The translations under genes were made by a program, and so were the position numbers. DNA of 59,530 nucleotides, counting the filler, from Diploschistes diacapsis (Eukaryota): NCBI GenBank assembly GCA_023645945.1. It is 6 parts of 6 records of this genome, joined end to end, with 100 filler letters (N's around TTAATTAATTAA, not from the genome) between each part and the next. Parts side by side here need not be neighbours in the genome. Positions count along the whole stretch, not along the records: positions 47,293 to 53,362 come from JALAIB010001440.1; positions 53,463 to 59,530 come from JALAIB010001441.1; 4 more parts are not named here. One strand, 5' to 3'. Within the stretch, counting starts at the first letter, position 1. Every line of letters starts with the position of its first letter. The notes beneath the pieces were generated by a model. That model was not told the origin of the DNA. It worked only from the letters and a program-made list of their open reading frames with translations, and did not search any database. Below, piece after piece: positions 52,370 to 59,530 of this stretch.

Positions 52370-53462
52370 CGACAAAGTGAATGTGGTGCTCTTGGTGCTC
52401 TTGGCACTCTTTATCCTTTGATACTGAATCCAACGAGATAAGGTTTGGCAGTTGAGGGTGCTTGAAGATTTCCGGGGGGCGAGACTTAGAATATGCAGCA
52501 GTTACACTTCATCTCTGGGTCGCGACTTTTTTTCAGGATGAAGATTGCTTGGTTTTGGAGAACGAGCGTGCGAAGTTGGAGAACTGGACTCGGATCCGTC
52601 GGGGAAATATTTCTGAGCGTGTGTACGCTTTCTAGGCGGAACCTGTGCCAGCCAACCGGCGTCTATCAGGCCTATCCAGATCAAACACGGAATGCGAAGG
52701 AGGTGCGCAGTTTACGACCCCACAAAAAGAGCAACACGAAGTGACTGGTCCTGGAGACTCGGAAACTTTCGATAGAATGAGAGCCGATCTTACGAACGAA
52801 TGCGTCTCGACCGGCGAAAGAAGGGAACCAAAGCCTGGAGATTCAGGAGCGCGCTGGACTGGACTCGCAGTGAGTGCTGTGGGTTGCGCTCTCAAAGCCG
52901 CAAAAGATGAAGGGGACCGAAGCCTCGAAGAAAGACAGAGAGGGTGTCAGTGACAATGACAATGACAACAACAAAAACAAGGACAAGGACAAGGTACAGC
53001 CCCTTGGTCCTCGACGGTTGGAGACGGTTTGAAAAACGGGTTTGATGAAGGTTGAATTTGGAGAGTGGAGAGTCGAGCTGAGGAGACTTCAAGTTTAAGT
53101 TCCAGGTTTCAAGTTCAACGAGCACGAGTAAAGTCCTGGGTAAGGTGCTACAACAAGCCGTCCGGTAGAATAGCAGTAGGATGGATGGTCAGTCTCTCCT
53201 CTCTAGCCGTTGTGGAATGGGAGCTTTCGGCTTTTCAGAGTTCCAAGTTGGTTAGTTCTCGTGGTTGCCGCCACGGCCCCCAGAAGTCGAACGATTCCGA
53301 TTCCAGGTGGTTGAGGGCTGCTAAGCGGGGAATTGGGGGGATAATGGAGTCAAGCGGGGGTGNNNNNNNNNNNNNNNNNNNNNNNNNNNNNNNNNNNNNN
53401 NNNNNNTTAATTAATTAANNNNNNNNNNNNNNNNNNNNNNNNNNNNNNNNNNNNNNNNNNNN

Positions 53463-54749
53463 CCCTCCACACCTCCCCCTCCCTGCCCCGCAGCACATCC
53501 TGCACCACATCCCGCACGAACGCGGCCTGGTCCTGGCCCCACGTGCCGGCCTCCAGCCGCTTCGCCTCCACGGCCTCGTAGACGGGCCGGTACAGCGAGT
53601 CCGCCGGCATGCGCAGGCCGCCCGTGTTGGCGCTGAAGTTGCTCGCCACGCCGCCCATCATGATGGCCAGGACGCGGATGTTGAGCGGGCGCAGCTCCAG
53701 GCGCAGCACGCGCGAGAGGGAGCGCTGGGCGGCTTTGGCGGGAGAGTAGATTCCTGGTTTTTTGGGGGTGGTGAGTTTTGGGAGTAGCGGAGAAAGGGGG
53801 GGGACGGGATGTTGCGTGGATGGCTATGGGAATAGGAGGAGGAGGAGGAGGATGAAGTAGTGGTGGCGGGTGGTCAAGGATGTGGAAATAGTGATAGTGG
53901 AGATCAAGAAGAAGGGGCCAGTCCAACCCATAATAGCAGAAAGAAGGCGAAAAAGAGAAAGAAGATTCCACGAACCGAAAGTAGGCACCCAGGTCACCGC
54001 CGCAATCGAGCATACGTTCACCACCACCCCCTTTCCCTTCACCCCGCCCTCGCCGCGAGAAGCAGCCTTCCCTGCTTCGATCAGCAAGGGTGCGAACGCC
54101 TTCGTGACGGCCAGCGTGCCCCAGTAGTCGACGTCGAAGACGTTCCGCGCGGACGCGTCGTCGTAGTCGAGGGCGTGCACGTGGTGGCCTAGGCCGGCGT
54201 TGTTGATTAGGATGTCCTGTAGGGAAAGAAAGAGTCGGGGTGTTAGGGTCTGAGTTTGGGTATTGGGTGTCTGGGTTTGGATGGGTGGATGGGACAAGAG
54301 GATTGGGGGCGAGGGTAGGTAAAGGGTTGGAGAGTGTGGGGCAGACATTGAGCCGGACAGGGCAGGGGTGATGCTGGGGGTGCTGTGATTCAGGTAGGAG
54401 CGGAGGAGGATAGCATCATCAAACGAACCAAACTCGCCGCATCCTTCCCCTTCTCACGCGAATGTGTGCTCGCATGCGCCCGCACGCTTTCCACAGCCTC
54501 GGCTATAGACTCCGGCGACACGACGTCCAGGGCCAGGACGGTCACATTCTTCCGGCTACCGAGCTCGGGATCGATCTTCGAGGGGCTGCGGAGCGTGGCG
54601 AAGACGTGGAATTGGGGCTGAGGTTGGCTGCTATGTGTTGTCTGCAACGAGGAGAATTGTTTGGCTAGCTCGGACCCGACGCCGCCGGAGGAGCAGCCGG
54701 TTATGAGGACTGTCTTGGGAGCGTGGTCTGAGGAAGGAGAGGTGGACAT
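53463..54749 (-). CDS. Short-chain dehydrogenase/reductase, AYR1-like; 3' end truncated by the contig end
   Basis: KTVLITGCSSGGVG, VFATLR, LDVVSPESI, DILINNAG and catalytic YSPAK followed by LRLELRPLNIRV. Confidence 0.85.
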
Positions 54750-54824
54750 TGCGAAGTTAGACGTGATCTCAAGGGCAGAGAAGTGGCTAAGGGGAGGTAG
54801 GGATAAGGAAAGAACTGTAGAATA

Positions 54825-54868
54825 GAGGAGAGGAGAGGAGAGGAGAGGAGAGGAGAGGAGAGGAGAGG
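54825..54868. repeat. (GAGAG)n microsatellite
   Basis: Directly visible. Confidence 0.9.
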
Positions 54869-57330
54869 GAAGCGGTGGGGGTTAAGAAGGTTTCATAGCC
54901 CTTGAACGGATCTGATATTGTTGAATTTTGATTACTCACTATCCTCCATGCTGACTACTTACTTTGTATGTTAATTGAACAGAATCTTATATATTCCACT
55001 ACCATCGTATATCAGCCTGCTATATAAATCCCTACTTCGTCCGCTTACGGGTATATTCTACCCGCACTACGCTCCTGGTTGGGGCGGTTGACCTGGGCCA
55101 CCAATGCGTGAGCTCGGCATCTCTGCCTGTCTGATGTGGATGCAGTCAATTTTAAGATCCTGTATCAGGTCTGGTAAGGATTCAAAAGTTCCTTTAGGAC
55201 GTGAGATGCCTCCTCCGCCAACTGCGGACGAAGCGGGAACGTAATACGGCCAAGCCTTTTGCCCCCTTATCTTTTTGTTGTAGTCTATACGAGAGTTTCT
55301 AGTCCTGCCACAAGATAAAGTCTTTGCTCCAAACTGCCACGTCCATGTATGTATTACTAATCTTCCCTCATTGGGCTTGGCGGCGGCGTCTCCTTCTACC
55401 CTTCCAGACCTGACCCTGCGTTCGCCTCATCAATTCCTATTCTCTTCATCGCCAAAACCTATATTCATCACATCATACAATCAATAGTCCTCCTCCTCTT
55501 GGTTCCGCATGAAGTCCAACATGCTCCGATCTCCCAAGCCCGTTGCCAACCGTCCACGCTTTGCTCGCTCTCGATCGTCTGCGCTCATTTCCGTCTACAG
55601 ATACCCCAAATAATATGCATCAAAGACGTGAGCATCAATGCTAAGGGGGAGGCTCAATGGCTGATGTTACCGTCCCAGCTAGAGCTGCTTACCCAAGATG
55701 TGTTGACTGCCGTGAGATATTTCTCTTACCAGTTACAAACTGACGAAAGACGCATTGGGTATTATCCTAGCTATGGATGCTGACGACGGCGCAAAACGCG
55801 TTCCTTTGGGAATCTTTTGCAGGGAACAACTACTCGCCAAAGCCACAAGGAGACATCGAGTCAACCTTTGACACATCTCGGCTAGTCGATTGAAGTCACA
55901 GGCCTGCCTACCTTTGGCTTATATTCCTACAGTGTAGAGATGGGATGCAGATCTAAGCATAGAGAGGAGGCCTCTACGACAAGTTGGAGCTTTTATTCAA
56001 CTCATAATCTCGCCCTTTCACCGTGTCCGGGCTCGGTTGTTTCTCTCTGCTGTCTTAACTCTCACCCCATCTATCTAATCTGCAACTATCGTCTGCACTT
56101 TCAGGATTTTAAGAGAGGATTTGACAATGCTTTGGCCGAGCAACTAAAGTTCTCGTGCAGCATGCTGTCTATGAAATGCTTGGATGACGCCGATCAGATG
56201 ATAGATTGGAAGAGTCGCGACGTCTCCATAGCCAAAATGATGGAAATCCTACTCGTCAAGGTGCTAAGTTTGAAAAGAAATCTCGCTTTCAAGGTGTGAT
56301 GATTGGAACTCTCCATGGCTTCCTCACCACAAATAGCTCGCAATAACAGAGAACATGGGTTGCCTTACAAGCAAGACGCCCGAAAGAGAGTCGGGCCATC
56401 GTAGTTACTCTTTACCCAATTTTTCTGGTTTTCAGCTGCCACCACCATTCTCAATGCGTTTCATGTCTATAATTGAGTTCTTAGCTGCACCTCCCCGCGG
56501 GTGGCTATGGCAAGACTCATCCATTTAGGCTGATCTGTCTCTCAAAACTCCTTGCAGACGCTTTCGGCTCCGTTTCGAAGGTAGGACAGGCTGGCTCGTA
56601 AGAGTTCTGCGTGATGTCTCCCCCCTGGCCCGTCAGATGCCTCCTACCTTACAGTTATCTTGTGGCCTTGTCAATATTGGGCACAGAAGAGAGGCTATGT
56701 AACTGTCCATCTTCATATCGAACATTAGCTTGATAACAAAAGCGTTCCTTAACCATATTTGATCAGTTTCCACCCATGGGCAATTTCGTTCCCGAATGCG
56801 TTCAGCGTTCATGATCAGCGTTTATCTCACATCGTTGCGCCTCGCCAGCCTGCCTCACACGGCGCAGGACCTATTGGAAGCCAAACAAAGGGCTTCCTCG
56901 AGATTTCCTGGTTGTGCTATAGGTGGCGCCAGCGTTCATTCTTGTCAATATCCCCAAGAAAGGTTGTCTAGACGGAGATGTAGCGGCTGACTGTCGTTCG
57001 GGCAATGATTGGACTGGATGAGATGGGCGTGACAGCCAGACAGGGCGGTGCCTTTGCTGAAAGCCGGTAAACTCAATCATGCGGCTGAGAGACGTTAATG
57101 GAAGTAGGTTGGTAGTACCTCAAGCGAAATCACAGGTTGCGTAGCGAATGCTTCATCCTAGATCATTTCCGACAAAAAAGATTACCGTATTGAAGCCTAC
57201 CCCGAGCCAGCTTGATTTGTCCCAAAGAGGCTGAACGTCGTGAGTTACTTCATATATAACCTCCTGGCTCTTTCCAATTCTGTGATGCTTAACTTGAATT
57301 TCTTCGGTTCTCTGTTGAGTAGCTAATATC

Positions 57331-59058
57331 ATGCGTTTCAGGCCTGCATCTTCCGCTTTCGGGGTATGCGCACTCAGTGTTCGCCGCACAAGATTCGACG
57401 ACACAGCTTCCAGCAACCAAGACTGCGCCTCCCCCTTCTCCTACTGGCCCGAGCGAGCCATGTGCGACGATCCAGCAACAGCAAATACAACAGGCACAGT
57501 CTGGTTCTAGTAAGCCCTACCGGCTGTTTTGTTTTGATCCAGTCGACTAAATCTTGTGGCAGATAGCTTTGTACACCACCCTCAGGTTGCCTGGGATTGT
57601 ATGAACTCGGTTCCACTCAACGCATCCGATGTGGACGACCCGATGATATACGCCCAATCTTATTATCCTTTTATCTCCACCCTGGCATTGTTGAAGAACC
57701 CAACAGCAAGCTGGCAGAGACCACCCCTGGATTTCAGGGCACGACCAGCAATAAGGCTTCGAGTCTCAATTCGAGTGGCCCAAATGCCATCACTTCTCAA
57801 GTCGCTCTTGATCTCGCGCCACGCAATTCGACCGTCAGCTCTCGCGATTTCGATAACAACCAACCTGCGAATACCGCTCTGGGCATGTTATATTTCAACA
57901 CAAGTTTCAGCGTTTTATCTCTGTCCCCTGACGGCTCTGCTCTTCCAAAAATCTTTGTCTACGGTACGCCTAGCTCCATTTGATTTGCTGTTCCTTTCTG
58001 ATACGATGGAATAGAGGATATTGTAGCAACTGGGGCTGACCCTCGTTGCCAAGGGCAACAATGGGTGCCATCTGCTATCCAGAGCCTAGGAGGACAGGAT
58101 CCCGGTCCAGTTCCTGCGGAATTTCACGAACAGCAACCAGCAGCAAGGTTTCACTAAAGAGCACGCTAAGTGGAACGCCCAGATGTCGCCGCAAGTGCCT
58201 GGTCTTGCCAAGGACGTTACCACAAACTTCAATACCAGCAATATTTATAACGGGAACGACTTGGCAGTCGCATTCGAGAATGGTACAAGCTACACAGCTA
58301 ACTATACGGCTAGATATTTATGGTGGCGCCAATCGGCCTGCAAACGGCTCGAGGCCATTCTGATTTTATCCTGGTAAGCAGATACTTGTCCAATGTTCTC
58401 CAAATTCGCTGTTCTCGGTTAACCGAACGGCATGTGCCGGCGAACCTGCGCCATCTTTGCCGAAACCATGAAAAACTGAAGCTGGGTAAAGTGGGTTGTG
58501 ATGGGTGGTCTTCCTACAACAGGGCCCATGCAGGCAGTCACTTTCACCGACACTGCGCATACCGCTTTCGGCGTTTCAATGGTATGCCCGGGTACCGACG
58601 CAATACAGGGGTTACCGTTTTTCTTTCCTCCTACCTCTGGAAGGCCGCGACTCAACCAGCAGGGCACTGGAGCTAGGGCTAACATGAGGAACACGGTTCG
58701 TCGTGGAAGCGAGATTCCCCTCCAGCTTATCTACGAGGCCGCCGACTGTCGTTTGTGGTACGCAGCGCCCATGATAACCGACTGCACCGTCATGTGGAAG
58801 CAAGCCACTAATGACATGTAAAGTAACCAGAGCCTCTGCGTGCCGGGATCCACTGGCCAGCCAACTGCGGCAGTGAATGTGACGAGCACGGATGCTCCCA
58901 AACAGCACGACAACGTCGAGCTCAGCTTCTAGCAGCACAAGCAGTATGGGGGCCCCCAGGATCCACCACGAAGTCAATGGCTGCGCCTGGAGTAGCTGCT
59001 CAGGGAGTCTTTGTTGCTTTTGTTGCTATACTGGCATCTCCCGTGATGCTGCTGTGAG
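57331..59058 (+). pseudogene. Fungal peptidase S41-family relic
   Basis: AWDCMNSVP, Y.F.STLA.LKNP, G.C..TCAIFAE, GGLP..GPMQAV, N.RN..R.GS..PLQ..YEAADCRLWY and CVPGSTG. Many frameshifts, stops and large deletions. Confidence 0.7.
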
Positions 59059-59530
59059 CATCAAACAACCTGTTTACCCTGCTATACTCACCGTTGGTTT
59101 TAGATCTTGGTTATTTGATTAGTGGCAATACCCTCCGTAGGTGGCTGGCTGTGTAATAAATACTATGGAACGAACGCGGTGTATATATGCGGGTGTTTTT
59201 CTGGGCTCTATCGTTGGAAATGCGGCTTCTTGTGTTAGCTTTTGATACACACACTCCTGTCCAAGCTTGCTACAATCTCGCTTTGGCTGTACAACTGAAC
59301 GATGGATGCTGGAATAATAACGGTGCTGGGCACGTTCTCCTTCCATACGGGCGATGGTAGCCCTCTATGCACATTTCGGGAGTGTCTCAATTATTTCCCA
59401 CCAATCCATATAAAAAGCCTGGGCCCACCTCTTCATCCCTACAGCCTCTAACCAACGACCCCATAACCCTCTAGAACGGCAGAGCCATATCATCTACCCT
59501 TTCCTCTCCATCTCCCTCGCCCCCTCCACC

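Noticed and set aside
55400..57300. Scattered short ORFs between the SDR and the S41 relic
   Set aside because: No coherent frame or domain signature.
47293..59530. SOD2, CDC24 and the SDR as members of the PKS cluster
   Set aside because: They lie on separate contigs joined by artificial linkers.

Overview
Filamentous ascomycete DNA with spliceosomal introns and RIP-like AT-rich repeat debris. The window is not one locus: six contigs (6089, 6082, 6079, 28642, 6070 and 6068 bp) are joined by artificial N44-TTAATTAATTAA-N44 linkers, almost perfectly sorted by size. Genes found: a VelC-type velvet regulator, a methyltransferase-like protein, an intron-containing MgtA-like (P3B) Mg2+ P-type ATPase, TSR4/PDCD2-like, FIG4, TTI2, TFB3/MAT1, SOD2, CDC24, an AYR1-like SDR and a peptidase S41 relic. 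There is also a partly decayed non-reducing PKS cluster: a divergent P450 with a non-canonical I-helix, a SAT-KS-AT-PT-ACP-ACP-CMeT-esterase PKS, and regulator, PTH11, NmrA and FAD-oxidase genes or relics. Mobile DNA includes a Copia 3' end and LTRs, a gypsy integrase fragment, Fot1-like and Tc1-like MITEs, hAT-like elements and a roughly 100-bp hairpin repeat. Main finding: an intact, intron-bearing TFB3 gene sits inside the shell of a dead Tc1/impala-like transposon. Both TIRs, the TA flanks and transposase end remnants are present, but the catalytic middle is missing. A second apparent capture, a gypsy fragment between inverted repeats, lies on another contig. All calls come from manual motif reading with no database searches.
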